Notes: generated by a model from the sequence alone, not told the origin. A stretch of 64,000 bases of DNA from an uncultured Pseudomonadota bacterium (GCA_963736005.1 CAVTNB010000001.1:1792001-1856000), one strand, 5' to 3'; shown: positions 41,130-51,468, counted from the stretch's first letter. Made by a program: numbers and translations.

Positions 41130-42037
41130 GCCCGGCGCGACCTCTCATTACCGTCCAGCTGTGCACCTTTAATCGCCGCCAGCTTTTGGGTCGCGTGCTC
41201 GATGCGCTGTTTCATCAAGATATCGACCCCGACACGTACGAAGTGATTTTGGTGGACGATGGATCGGACGACGGAACCTACGAGGATGTGATTGCGCGAC
41301 TGTCGCCTCCGTGCGCCTTTCATGTCGTGCGCCAAAGCAATGCCGGGCTTGCGCGCGGCCGCAATGTTGGTCTGGAGCGGGCCCGCGGCGACCTTATTTT
41401 GTTTATGGACGATGACGTGCTTGCCACCCCCTCGCTGCTCCGCGCGCACTTGGACTTCCACCACGCGCACCCAAAAAGCATCTGTCGGGGTGTTGCCATC
41501 AACGTGAGTTCCTTTGAGCGCCTGCCCGCTCCATCGTATTCTCTGCTCGACTATTCGGGGGCGTACTTCTGGACGACAAACGTTTCCGCTCCGCTTGCGC
41601 TGATCGACCAAGCGGGCCGCTTCGACGAGCGATTTCGCGAGTACGGTTGGGAGGATCTCGAGCTTGGTTTCCGCTTGCGGCGCATGCACGTTCCCTCGCT
41701 CTTGGCTCGCGATGCGGTCGTGTATCATCACAAACCGCCGCTTGCCCCGGAGCAGTTCTCGCGAGTCGCTCGCCAGGCGAGGGCGCAAGCACGCACGGCG
41801 AGACTGTTTCTCGAAAAGCACCCGCACTGGCGCATCGCCCTCGCCACAGGTGCGCTCGCGCCAATCGTGTGGTGGAGCGGGGTCGCTCGCCGCAGCGGTT
41901 GGCCGGCCTTGTTGGAGCGGGTAGCGCGACCCGGGCAAGCGCAAACAGCTCTGCCGATCGGCCTGCGCCGCTGGGCGGCACAGCGCCTCGCACGTAGCGC
42001 TTACTACGATGAACTCACAAACGGCCGGAGGGGCTAA
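41126..42037 (+). CDS. GT2 glycosyltransferase
   Basis: TFNR, VDDGSDD, RNVG, FMDDD, FDE.F..YGWEDLELG. Confidence 0.92.
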   Translation: MSPARPLITVQLCTFNRRQLLGRVLDALFHQDIDPDTYEVILVDDGSDDGTYEDVIARLSPPCAFHVVRQSNAGLARGRNVGLERARGDLILFMDDDVLATPSLLRAHLDFHHAHPKSICRGVAINVSSFERLPAPSYSLLDYSGAYFWTTNVSAPLALIDQAGRFDERFREYGWEDLELGFRLRRMHVPSLLARDAVVYHHKPPLAPEQFSRVARQARAQARTARLFLEKHPHWRIALATGALAPIVWWSGVARRSGWPALLERVARPGQAQTALPIGLRRWAAQRLARSAYYDELTNGRRG

Positions 42038-43056
42038 TGGCAATCGCCAGCCACAATGGCACGGCATACGAAGATATCTTGCTGATTCGCACCGACAGAG
42101 TCGGGGATCTCGTCCTTTCGACTCCAGCGATTACGTCGTTTCGGCGCTCGTGGCCCAAGGCGCGTATCACTGCGGTTGTCACGGGGTACACCGAGCCAAT
42201 CTTGCGGCACAATCCCGATATCGATGAGATCGTACTCCTCCCCCACGCGCAGCCGGCAAAAGCCATCGCAAACGTGGCGAAACTTGGACGAAAAATGGGT
42301 CTCGCCGTCGGACTTGCGCCGCGCACAGATGACATCTTCTTGACGGGCGTCTCAGGGGCGACAACGAGGATCGGCTATGTGTATCGCCGGCGCTACCTGA
42401 GCCGTGCCCTTGCCCGGATGTGCCTCACCGACTGGTGTCTTTCGGAGGCGGACCCGGCGCTGGCAGATCGCTTTCCCGACAAGCCGATCATGCACGAGGT
42501 ACGCCAAGTGCTGGCGCTTGTGAGGCTGGCGGGCGGGGATTGGCTCACCGAAGAGCTGACGCTCCGCTTGGGCGACGACGACACCGCCTGGGCAAGAGCC
42601 AACGCGCCCGCGCGAGGCGTCGTTCTCGCGCTTGCGCCGAGATGGTTCATGCATAACTTTGGGGCGGAGGCGGTGCGCTTGCTCATCACGCGCCTCGCCC
42701 ATCGATCGAACAATGTCGTGGTGACCTATGGACCGGATACGAAGGAGCTTGCTGAGAACATTCGTCAGATGTTGCCCCACGAAAACGTCGCGTGGTTTGG
42801 AAATCTGCCACTGTTGCGGTGGGCGGCGGTGCTCGAACAGTCATCCACCGTTGTTACCGTGGATACCGGCGCAACCCACGTTGCAGCCGCGTTGAAAAAA
42901 CCTGTGGTTGTGGTGTTCGAACGAGAATACTTCCGATTATGCTCGCAAGAATGGGGACCGTGGCGCGTTCCCAGCGCCCTGCTAATCAAACCGCCGCGCG
43001 GCGCCAATCCGCAAGCCCTCATTGAAGATATCGCGAACGCGGCCCCCGCCTTATGA
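42037..43056 (+). CDS. GT9 (heptosyltransferase-like) glycosyltransferase
   Basis: IRTDRVGDLVLSTP, HNPDIDE, DTGATHVAAA. Confidence 0.88.
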   Translation: MAIASHNGTAYEDILLIRTDRVGDLVLSTPAITSFRRSWPKARITAVVTGYTEPILRHNPDIDEIVLLPHAQPAKAIANVAKLGRKMGLAVGLAPRTDDIFLTGVSGATTRIGYVYRRRYLSRALARMCLTDWCLSEADPALADRFPDKPIMHEVRQVLALVRLAGGDWLTEELTLRLGDDDTAWARANAPARGVVLALAPRWFMHNFGAEAVRLLITRLAHRSNNVVVTYGPDTKELAENIRQMLPHENVAWFGNLPLLRWAAVLEQSSTVVTVDTGATHVAAALKKPVVVVFEREYFRLCSQEWGPWRVPSALLIKPPRGANPQALIEDIANAAPAL

Positions 43057-44000
43057 ATGACCTCGTGCTGTCTGTCGTTATTCCAACGTACAACCGGGTC
43101 AGCACGCTACGCGCCGTCTTGCCGACACTGCTCGATCAAAGCCTCGCAGCCGACTCCTACGAGATCGTCATCGCCGACTCGCGCAGCGACGATGGCACCG
43201 CGGAATATGTGGAGGGAATACGCACAGCCGTCGGTGAGCGGCTTCGCTATCTGCCGGGAGCGTACAGCGGACGAGCCGCAGCCCGCAATGCGGGAATAGC
43301 GCAGGCTCGTGCGCCGGTCGTGCTGTTCACCGATGCTGACATCCTGGCATCCCGCACGCTGCTGGAACGTCACGCCAAGGCCCACGCTGCTGCTGGCCTT
43401 CGCCGCGTCGCGGTCGTGGGCTGCGAGCTGCAGGTGCGTTCGCTCGACGACTATCGTCTGCAACGCGACGATCCAAGCACGCGCAAGCCGCTACACCCGC
43501 GCACGAGGCGTACCCTATCATGGTTGTACTTTCTGACGGGCAACGCATCGGTGCGTCGTGATGACCTTCTCGCCGTTGGATGTTTTGACGAACAGTTTAC
43601 GGGATACGGACACGAAGACTTGGAATTGGGTTACCGGTTGGCGCGCAGCGGCGTTGAGATTCTCTACGACGCCGAGGCAGTGAACTATCACTGGCACCCG
43701 GTCGCCTTCGCTGAGCAGGTCGGCCGCATGGAATTGGCCGGCGTGTCCACCGTTCGCTTCTTTCGCAAGCATCCAGACTTTACCGTGAAGGCAAACCTTG
43801 GCATGACGCCCGTTTCATTATGGCTCCACTCCGCGCTCTCGGCGGCACCTGGATTGCGCCGCGCGCTGGAAAACGCCGGCTCGCGTGAAGAGGCGCCCAA
43901 GAAAAACACGTGGCCTTTTGTCGCGCGCCAGATTGCGTACCAGTACCACTACGTGAGCGGCATCAAGCGTGCGCTGCGGGAAGGCGCAGGCAAGCTGTGA
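43053..44000 (+). CDS. GT2 glycosyltransferase
   Basis: SVVIPTYNR, S.DGT, ARNAG, FTDAD, FDE.F.GYG.EDLELG. Confidence 0.92.
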   Translation: MNDLVLSVVIPTYNRVSTLRAVLPTLLDQSLAADSYEIVIADSRSDDGTAEYVEGIRTAVGERLRYLPGAYSGRAAARNAGIAQARAPVVLFTDADILASRTLLERHAKAHAAAGLRRVAVVGCELQVRSLDDYRLQRDDPSTRKPLHPRTRRTLSWLYFLTGNASVRRDDLLAVGCFDEQFTGYGHEDLELGYRLARSGVEILYDAEAVNYHWHPVAFAEQVGRMELAGVSTVRFFRKHPDFTVKANLGMTPVSLWLHSALSAAPGLRRALENAGSREEAPKKNTWPFVARQIAYQYHYVSGIKRALREGAGKL

Positions 44001-45769
44001 GCCGCGAGCTTTTTCGCCGGGCGAATTGCGGCGAGCTGACAGCCGGCGCGGAAGGCGAGCGCGTCGAACTGTCCGGGTGGGTGAACAGCAGCCGCGATCA
44101 CGGTGGGCTCATTTTTGTCGACCTGCGCGATCGCTTTGGCATCACCCAACTCGTGCTCGATCCCAAAGTGATTCCGGTGGCATCATCCTTGCGCTCCGAA
44201 GATGTCGTGACTGCGCAGGGTCTCGTGCGCCAGCGTCCACCTGGCACGGAGAACGCCAAGCTTGTGACTGGCGAGATCGAGGTCGCCGTGGCAAGCGTCA
44301 CGGTCTTGAATCGATCGAAGACGCCGCCGTTTCCCATCCACAGTGATGTCGACGTCGATGAAAGCCTGCGCCTCCGCTATCGCTACCTAGATCTGCGCCG
44401 GCCGCACTTGCAGCGGAACATCGCGCTGCGGCACCGCGCGATCAAAGCGGTGCGCGACTATCTCGACGCGCAAGGCTTTCTTGAAATCGAAACGCCGATG
44501 CTCATCAAGCAGACCCCTGAAGGCGCGCGAGACTTTATCGTGCCGAGTCGCTTACACCCTGGTGCGTTCTATGCGCTGCCGCAATCGCCGCAGCTCTTTA
44601 AACAGTTGCTGATGGTGTCCGGTTTCCAAAAGTACTTTCAAATAGCACGCTGCTTTCGCGATGAGGACACGCGAGCCGATCGCCAGCCTGAATTCACGCA
44701 GATCGATCTTGAAATGACCTTTCCGACGCAAGACGACGTCATGTCCGTCATGGAAGGGACGCTCGCGCATATGTTTGCCGAGGCGCTGGGCGTCTCGATA
44801 CCGACGCCGTTTGTGCGTCTGCGACACGCACAGGCCATGGCGGAGTACGGTTCGGACAAACCGGATCTGCGTTTTGGCATGAAACTGCACGATGTCGGAG
44901 GCGCCTTTGCCAGCACGGAATTCAAAATCTTTGCGTCGGCGCTCGCGGCCGGCAAGGCCATCATTGCCTTCGCAGAAAGCGGCGGTGCGAGCCGGTCGCG
45001 GCGCGACTTCGATGCCCTCGTGGCGGCGGCGTCCGAGTTCGGAGCCAAAGGTCTCGCCTGGATTGCCCTCGCTGCCGATGGTATGAAGTCATCGCTGCCC
45101 AAATCGGCGTTGACCGATGAGCTCCTCGACACTTTGAAAGCAAAGACTGGGGCGACCGCAAACGATGCGATTTACATGGTTGCAGACGAGCGAGCAACGG
45201 CGCAGACGATTGCCGGCAAGATGCGGCTGCACATCGCCGACCAGCGCAGTTTGCGCGACCCCAAGCAGTTCGCATTTTGCTGGGTTGTCGATTTCCCGCT
45301 TTTCGAGCGCGACCCCGAAACGGGCAGCCTGACGCCCGCTCACCATCCCTTCACCGCGCCGGCTCCGGGCAGCGAATCGCTCGCTGGCGATCCGTTAGCG
45401 TTGCGAGCGCAACACTACGATGTCGTGCTCAACGGGATGGAGTTGGGCTCGGGCTCGATTCGCATTCACGATCCGGCGGTGCAACGCAAGATTTTTGACC
45501 TTTTAGGGTATCCATCCGAGGAAGCCGAGCATCGTTTTGGGTTCCTGCTGGAAGCGTTCGAATATGGAGCTCCCCCACACGGTGGCATTGCGCTTGGCGT
45601 TGATAGAATCATTTTGCTCATGGTGGGTGGCGAATCGATTCGAGAGACGATAGCCTTTCCAAAGAATCAGCGCTTCCAGGACGTCATGATCGACGCGCCC
45701 GCGCCGGTTGGCCCAGAGGTGCTCCGAGAATTGCATTTGCGCACGGACGCTGGCGCGCGGCCTTCGTGA
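43997..45769 (+). CDS. aspS: Aspartate-tRNA ligase (likely non-discriminating)
   Basis: RDHGGLIFVDLRD, TPEGARD, LPQSPQ, CFRDED, PPHGG; GTG overlapping the upstream stop; His in RDHGG is typical of ND-AspRS. Confidence 0.96.
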   Translation: MSRELFRRANCGELTAGAEGERVELSGWVNSSRDHGGLIFVDLRDRFGITQLVLDPKVIPVASSLRSEDVVTAQGLVRQRPPGTENAKLVTGEIEVAVASVTVLNRSKTPPFPIHSDVDVDESLRLRYRYLDLRRPHLQRNIALRHRAIKAVRDYLDAQGFLEIETPMLIKQTPEGARDFIVPSRLHPGAFYALPQSPQLFKQLLMVSGFQKYFQIARCFRDEDTRADRQPEFTQIDLEMTFPTQDDVMSVMEGTLAHMFAEALGVSIPTPFVRLRHAQAMAEYGSDKPDLRFGMKLHDVGGAFASTEFKIFASALAAGKAIIAFAESGGASRSRRDFDALVAAASEFGAKGLAWIALAADGMKSSLPKSALTDELLDTLKAKTGATANDAIYMVADERATAQTIAGKMRLHIADQRSLRDPKQFAFCWVVDFPLFERDPETGSLTPAHHPFTAPAPGSESLAGDPLALRAQHYDVVLNGMELGSGSIRIHDPAVQRKIFDLLGYPSEEAEHRFGFLLEAFEYGAPPHGGIALGVDRIILLMVGGESIRETIAFPKNQRFQDVMIDAPAPVGPEVLRELHLRTDAGARPS

Positions 45770-46623
45770 TGCAATCCATTCCGCTGGTTCGAGAGAGCGA
45801 AGCCACCGAAGAACGCGCTCGCGAGGCGTTCCGCGACATCAAGAATGCGCTGCGCGTCCCTATCGTCAACCTGATCTTTCAGGCGTGGGCGGCGGTACCG
45901 CGCTTTTTGGACCTCACGTGGCGCCGCATGCGCCCGAACGTGCTCACGGCTGAATTTGGGGCACTGGCCGCCCGCATCGAGCGCGACGTGCGCGCTGGAA
46001 CTGCCGATTGGCCCGTGGCCGATCATGCTGCGCAACTGCGGGCGAGAGCGGTGAGCGACGCCGAGATCGCGCGGATGCGCGAAGTCATCGAGCTCTTCGC
46101 GCAGGTAAATCCCAAGCTTGCGATCTTGGCCTGCGCGGTTGAGGGTGCGCTCGCAGGGCATCCGGTTGGCGGCGCTGGTTCGAAAGGCCCGCACCGCGAA
46201 GAGGTGCGGGAACGGCCCAAGGAATTTCGAGGCGTGCGTTTTTCCCTTGTCGAGGAGCGCGACGCGCCGCCCCGCGTCCGTGCTATTTATGAGGACATGC
46301 GAGCGACCTTGCACCTGCCGTTTATCGAAACCGAATACAAGGCGATGGCGTCGTATCCAGATTGGCTGGAAGTGTGGTGGAAGGATTGCAAGCCCAAGGT
46401 AGCAGACCCGCGCTACGAACGGCTGACGCACGCGATCGCAAGCGCGGCGACTGAGGCTTCAAAGTCATTGCCGCATGGTTTGTTTATGAGCGTCGATCTG
46501 CTGGAGAGATCCGATATTGATGAAGGCAAGCGCAAAGAGCTCAAACGCGTGACAGGGACCTTCGTCCGTCTCTTGCCTGGGTTGATGATCAACGTGGAAC
46601 TCGCCCGCCGCGGCCTCGGTTAA
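45766..46623 (+). CDS. DehI-family (group I haloacid dehalogenase-like) protein
   Basis: Two-fold internal repeat: E.EA......F.DI...L.VP.VN..F.A.A..P.FL...W and E..A......YEDM...L.LP......Y.A.A.YP..L...W. Confidence 0.65.
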   Translation: MMQSIPLVRESEATEERAREAFRDIKNALRVPIVNLIFQAWAAVPRFLDLTWRRMRPNVLTAEFGALAARIERDVRAGTADWPVADHAAQLRARAVSDAEIARMREVIELFAQVNPKLAILACAVEGALAGHPVGGAGSKGPHREEVRERPKEFRGVRFSLVEERDAPPRVRAIYEDMRATLHLPFIETEYKAMASYPDWLEVWWKDCKPKVADPRYERLTHAIASAATEASKSLPHGLFMSVDLLERSDIDEGKRKELKRVTGTFVRLLPGLMINVELARRGLG

Positions 46624-46626
46624 ATT

Positions 46627-47664
46627 TTATTCGCGCGTTCTTACTTGACGCAACACCTGGGCCGGAGCAATCACATACACGATGCCACCCGAACCTTGCA
46701 TCCACACGCGTTCGAATTGTGCTCGCTTGTACACGATGCGAATGTGGCCAGGCAATGCATACGGGTCGTTGGCAATCACATCGCCGTCTTGCGTGAAGCC
46801 ACGTACGACCAACAAATGCCCGTCGGTCTTCTCGTATGGAGAGCCGTCGAGCTCGCCGGGCGCGACGCGAATGCTCGCCACGAGTGGAATGTCGCGCTCG
46901 ATATAACGCTCCATGTCGGCCAGGCCCGCTAGGCGCTCCACCCATCCCGCCAGGCCGTGCTCCGACGCGAACGCGACGTTGAAGGGCCAATTTCCACAGC
47001 CCTCATAGACGGGATCGTATGTGCCTTCGGCCGCAGCGGGCACGTCGACATTCCACTGCGGATGATCCAACCGTACGGCCCAGTACGCCATGACCATGGA
47101 AACGCTCGTCGGGCTGCACCATGCGTCGCCGCCGCCCGCGAGAGCATCGGGCGATTCGCGGATTCGCTGCGTGCGCTGCGGAACGTTAAGGTCAATCCCC
47201 CATGCGGCGACCTTGCTTTGGGACGCCACAGCGGGCGGCGCTGCCGCTCCCGTCGTGACGGCAACCAGAGAGAGGCTCGGTGCCGCTCCGCTCTGCGCGC
47301 GGTGCGAGAAGACGCGCACTTGCCAAGCGTTGGCCGAAGTGTCGAGCACGAGTGTGTCTGTCTCGACTTTGCCGTCTGCATCGGCCGCAGCATTGACTGA
47401 ATGACGGTGCGCTGCGCCCCGCTCGCGACTCCAGTTCCCCATGGCATACCAGTTTGTCCAGCGGTCGCCGATGCGCGCGCGCAGCTGGATTTCGATCCAC
47501 GAGTCGTCGGGCGTGCGAACGTTGTATGAAGCAATCGCGGTTGTAAAGCCGCGGCCCACTGCTTGCACCGTTGACGTAAAGTCGTGGTTGATGCCATCCG
47601 CAAAACGAAAGACCGTCAAAGACACGGCAAACACGAGCGCAACGTTCAGATTTCCCACTCCCAC
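46627..47664 (-). CDS. C39-like cysteine peptidase
   Basis: WCSPTS.SM, GNWPFN.A, GHLLVVRGF, NDP. Confidence 0.85.
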   Translation of the reverse strand: MGVGNLNVALVFAVSLTVFRFADGINHDFTSTVQAVGRGFTTAIASYNVRTPDDSWIEIQLRARIGDRWTNWYAMGNWSRERGAAHRHSVNAAADADGKVETDTLVLDTSANAWQVRVFSHRAQSGAAPSLSLVAVTTGAAAPPAVASQSKVAAWGIDLNVPQRTQRIRESPDALAGGGDAWCSPTSVSMVMAYWAVRLDHPQWNVDVPAAAEGTYDPVYEGCGNWPFNVAFASEHGLAGWVERLAGLADMERYIERDIPLVASIRVAPGELDGSPYEKTDGHLLVVRGFTQDGDVIANDPYALPGHIRIVYKRAQFERVWMQGSGGIVYVIAPAQVLRQVRTRE

Positions 47665-49273
47665 GCGTTCCAGTAGTCAGAGATAACTGGCGAAGGTTTG
47701 AAATTCTTGAAGTCGGCGTTGCCGGCGATCACAATCTTATCCCAATAGATAATTTCAGCTGGGACCTCGTCGAGCATGATCCGCCACGCCTCCTGATAAT
47801 CGCGGCGGCGGCGGCGCAGGATCGTAGGATACTTGCGCGTCGCGCAAATATGCGTCCACGGTCTGGTTGCAGTAGAAGTTTGTGTTCGCACCGTGTGGGC
47901 GGGAACCAATCGCAGCCCCAGTTCGCCAAATTGTCTGGATCAACGCCTTCAGTATTGACGATCCACGCCATATCGTAGGTGCCGCCGTAGAGCGGGCCAT
48001 GTTCGGCAAAGAGCACGCTTCCCGCATAGTTCTTCACCGACAGCGCAATGCCGACGCGCCGCAGTTCGTCGGCGACGAGGATCTCCGCGTCCGCGTTCGG
48101 GCGGTTGTCGGTTGCAGACGAAATAGAGAGCTCGAGCCTTTTTCCGTTCTTCACCCGAATGCCGTCCTGAGCTGACTGCCAACCCGCCGCGGACAAGAGC
48201 CTCGCTGCCTCCACCGGTTGGTAGGGGATGGGTGGCAAATCATTTGCAGCCCAAGAAAAGGGCGGCACGTCTGTTGCAGCGCGCACCGCAAGTCCCCCGT
48301 ACACATCTGCGATGATCATGGGCACGTCGATCGCGCGCGCGATTGCTCGGCGAACATTCGGGTCTCGCAAGATCGGGCTGCGCAAGTTGAAGTCCAGGTG
48401 GCGATAATTTGCTTGCAGCTGCGTCTTGACCCAAATGCCCGGCACGCCTTTCAGTTGCGGCACCAGAGTTTTTGCAACCCCGTCAACCAGATCGATTTCG
48501 TGCGTGCGCAATTCATTAAGCTGGGTCGTGGAATCCGGGATGACTTCCATGTCAATCTCGCGTACGTGCGGCGGTCCGCGCCAGTAGCGCTGGTTGGCCA
48601 TAAAGACAAGAGTGGACCCGTGAAGCCACTGCCGCAGAACGAACGGACCATCCCCAATGGGATTTTGGTCGTACGGTATGTTGTCGATCGACCGGTCGCG
48701 CGAGAGCAGGTGTGCGGGCAACGGCGGAAACGTGCCTTCAGAGAAGAGGTACACGGCCGGGCTGAAAGGTTGCTTCATGACGAAGGTAACGCGGTGCGCG
48801 TTCTCCGCAATCATGCTCTTGATCTTGTCGTAGCCGGCAGTGTAGACGACGGGATTCCTGCCATCCACGATTGCATGCCACGTGAAGATAACGTCTTGCG
48901 CGGTCACCGGCTGGCCATCTGACCAGACAGCGCTGCGCCGCAGCGGAAAGGTGATGCGCAGACCATCCTTGCTAATGAGCCCGTTCGCTAAAGTAGGAAA
49001 TTGCGTAGCGAGCGCGGGCACCGGTCGCTCGCGGTCGTCATAGCGAAAGAACGGCTCGAAGAGGAGCGCGGTGACGTCATCCGCAGACGACTGATTCGAA
49101 AACATGCGAATGAGCGAGTTCGGCTCTTCCGCCACGGCGAGCCGGACGATGCCGTGGATGGTCCACGACTTCGGGGCAACGGCGCTGCTCGAGGACGACA
49201 ATCTCGTGCACGAAGACAAAAGCGCGACAAGGGGAATGACGAGGGCGCAGGCCCGCAGGACACGCCGCCTCAA
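47646..49273 (-). CDS. Peptide ABC transporter substrate-binding lipoprotein (family 5), two frameshifts near the 3' end
   Basis: Lipobox LSSC, WSDG.P.TA.DV, PIG.GPF, VRRAI; C-terminus continues in two other frames (HGANTNFYCNQTVD; YQEAW...WNAWEWEI); start 49273 or 49303. Confidence 0.8.
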
Positions 49274-50364
49274 CGGCGCGCGGCCTGCGGAGGTGCTGTC
49301 CATTTCGCCGTCCGTTGCGCCGCGGCTCGGACGGCGCGCCAAAGCCTTGCGCCGCCGAACCGCACGGCATCATCGGTCACAAGACCAGTGTCCGCCTGCG
49401 TTCTTTGGATGAAGGCTTGCGCCTCGGCGGCATCGAGCGCACTCGTGTTCAGCGCAATCGCAACGCAGGGGGCGGCTTTGATCGGTGCGCAAGCCGATTC
49501 ATGGAGGTTCGCGAGCGTGCGGAGGTCGGGGATGGGCACGTCAAAATCCTCGATCGAGTCTCTCCCAACCTCATGACACAGAACGAGCACATCAGGAGCA
49601 CAACCAAGCATTAGGCCGTACGTGACCGGCGCAAATGCCGGATGAAGGATGCTTCCCTGACCTTCCACGAGGGAGAATCGGGCGTCGGGCGCGACATCCA
49701 GCACGAGCTGCTCGGCAGCGCCTGAAACAAAATCTGAAATCACCCGATCGACCGAGATGCCTTTCCCCGCAATCATGATGCCGGTCTGCCCGGTGGCGAC
49801 GAATTCAGCGCGTTCGTTCGCAGCACGAGCGGCGGCCGCGAGTTCGAGCATTGCGGACATCTTCCCGACTGCGCAGTCGCTGCCGACGGCGAGCACCACA
49901 ACTTGCGGCACGCGGTACGCAGCACCTGAAAACAGGGGAATCGTCTCGGGCGTCTTGCGGACGTCCCACAGGCGCGCGCCGCTTGCCTTCGCGCGCGCAA
50001 CAAATTCTGCGTCCTCGGAGACGAACTGGTGGAGTCCGTTGACGATTTCCAGTTTTGCGTCGATGGCGTCGAGAACATGTGCGCGGAATTGCTTCGGCAA
50101 CGCGCCACCGGAGACGGCAACGCCCACGAGCAGCGAGGTGGGCGAGAACGCGAGCGCCTCGCGAATCGTCGAGACAATGGGCGCATCGCGGTCCAATTCT
50201 GGCAGCACGTTGCGCAGCGTGCGGCCAGCGTGCGCGCTGTCAACAACGGCAACCACGTCATCGGACGAGTAACGCAACACGCCGTGCGCAGTTTTGGCGT
50301 GATGCGCGTCTTGCAGATGACCTTCGGTCAGCGCGACGTACCGCCGTTTGGGGTGCTCGGCCAT
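49270..50364 (-). CDS. DUF1611 P-loop protein (DgcN-like D-glutamate N-acetyltransferase family)
   Basis: KTA.GVLRY, GLH.F, GSDCAVGKM, ATGQTG, VEGQGS..HP; start trimmed to ATG 50364. Confidence 0.88.
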   Translation of the reverse strand: MAEHPKRRYVALTEGHLQDAHHAKTAHGVLRYSSDDVVAVVDSAHAGRTLRNVLPELDRDAPIVSTIREALAFSPTSLLVGVAVSGGALPKQFRAHVLDAIDAKLEIVNGLHQFVSEDAEFVARAKASGARLWDVRKTPETIPLFSGAAYRVPQVVVLAVGSDCAVGKMSAMLELAAAARAANERAEFVATGQTGIMIAGKGISVDRVISDFVSGAAEQLVLDVAPDARFSLVEGQGSILHPAFAPVTYGLMLGCAPDVLVLCHEVGRDSIEDFDVPIPDLRTLANLHESACAPIKAAPCVAIALNTSALDAAEAQAFIQRTQADTGLVTDDAVRFGGARLWRAVRAAAQRTAKWTAPPQAARR

Positions 50365-50372
50365 ACGCAACG

Positions 50373-51380
50373 TTACGTCGCTTGTCGCGCCGCCACCCCT
50401 AGGCCCGGGGTATCCGGCAAACGCAGTTGCGCACCGTCGTACCCAACGCCACTGAAGGGATCGTCCGTGATGAGCAGTGGTCCATCGAGGTCGGCGTAAT
50501 CGCACAGCGGGGTGAGATGCGCCGCAGCGGTTGCGAGCACGGAGGACTCGATCATGCATCCGATCATGATCTTCATGCTCATGGCGCGCGCTGTGTGAAT
50601 CATGCGCAGCGCTTCGCGTAAACCGCCGCACTTGACGAGCTTGATATTGATGCCGTCAACGCAACCCCATAATGGCGGAAGATCCGCGGACGTCAAACTA
50701 TCTTCATCCACGACAATCGGGATCTTGGAATGTTCTCGCACGAATCGCAACTGTTCGGGATGACCCGCCTCGATCGGCTGCTCGCAAAATTCGATGTCAA
50801 AGCGCGCAAGTTCGGCGAGCATGGCAACCGCTGTCTGCGGCGCCCAACCTTCGTTCGCGTCGACGCGGATCGTGCCGCGATAGAACGACCGAATGGCTTC
50901 AATCGTCTCGATGGAGTGCTCGCCGCCCACTTTGACTTTGAGAATTGGGAAATGTTGCGCTTGCTTCGTTTTCTCAATTGTCGTCGGAAGATCGGCGATG
51001 CCAATCGTGAACGACGTTTTCAAAGCGCGCGTTGGATCGAGTCCAAACAGTGTAGAGAGCGGAATGCCTAAGCGTTTCCCGGCAAGGTCGTGCAGGGCAA
51101 GATCGAGCGCGCAGCGCGCGCCAGCTCCGTTCCCGCAAAGATCGAGCACCGGGTCGAAATGCCAGAGGTCGAGATTGCGCAGCGACAGTCGCTCTAATTG
51201 CGCAGCGACGAGATCGGGACTTTCGTCGTAACGCGCAATGGGAGCCGATTCGCCGAGCGCCTCAATGCCGTCGGCGTTGAGGCGAAGGAGAACCGTTTGG
51301 GCAACGTCTTCAGACCCACGGCTTATTCGAAAGGTATGCCGCAAATGTAGGTCAAGTTTTTCGGTCGTTATGCGCGTCAC
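50373..51380 (-). CDS. Dipeptide epimerase (L-Ala-D/L-Glu epimerase / DgcA-like, enolase superfamily)
   Basis: F.ISRG, LKVKVG, VDANEGW, EQP, DED, NIKLVKCGG, GCMIES, DLDG. Confidence 0.92.
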   Translation of the reverse strand: MTRITTEKLDLHLRHTFRISRGSEDVAQTVLLRLNADGIEALGESAPIARYDESPDLVAAQLERLSLRNLDLWHFDPVLDLCGNGAGARCALDLALHDLAGKRLGIPLSTLFGLDPTRALKTSFTIGIADLPTTIEKTKQAQHFPILKVKVGGEHSIETIEAIRSFYRGTIRVDANEGWAPQTAVAMLAELARFDIEFCEQPIEAGHPEQLRFVREHSKIPIVVDEDSLTSADLPPLWGCVDGINIKLVKCGGLREALRMIHTARAMSMKIMIGCMIESSVLATAAAHLTPLCDYADLDGPLLITDDPFSGVGYDGAQLRLPDTPGLGVAARQAT

Positions 51381-51411
51381 TGTTGTTGAATGAATTTGCG
51401 TTTGTCAAGAC

Positions 51412-51440
51412 TTGTCTTTCTGCACGGTGCATGGTAGGTT
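51412..51440 (+). promoter_or_regulatory. Putative sigma70 promoter for the ncRNA
   Basis: TTGTCT-N17-TAGGTT with extended -10 TG. Confidence 0.45.
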
Positions 51441-51468
51441 AGTTCCACTGCGCGATTGCATCGCGCAC

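Noticed and set aside
41048..42067. 339-aa minus-strand ORF, and similar ones at 26009-27124, 54514-55701 and 51851-52819
   Set aside because: Opposite well-supported genes; no recognisable motifs
46627..47664. Bacteriocin/RiPP maturation system based on the C39 peptidase
   Set aside because: No precursor peptide, ABC exporter fusion or modification enzymes nearby
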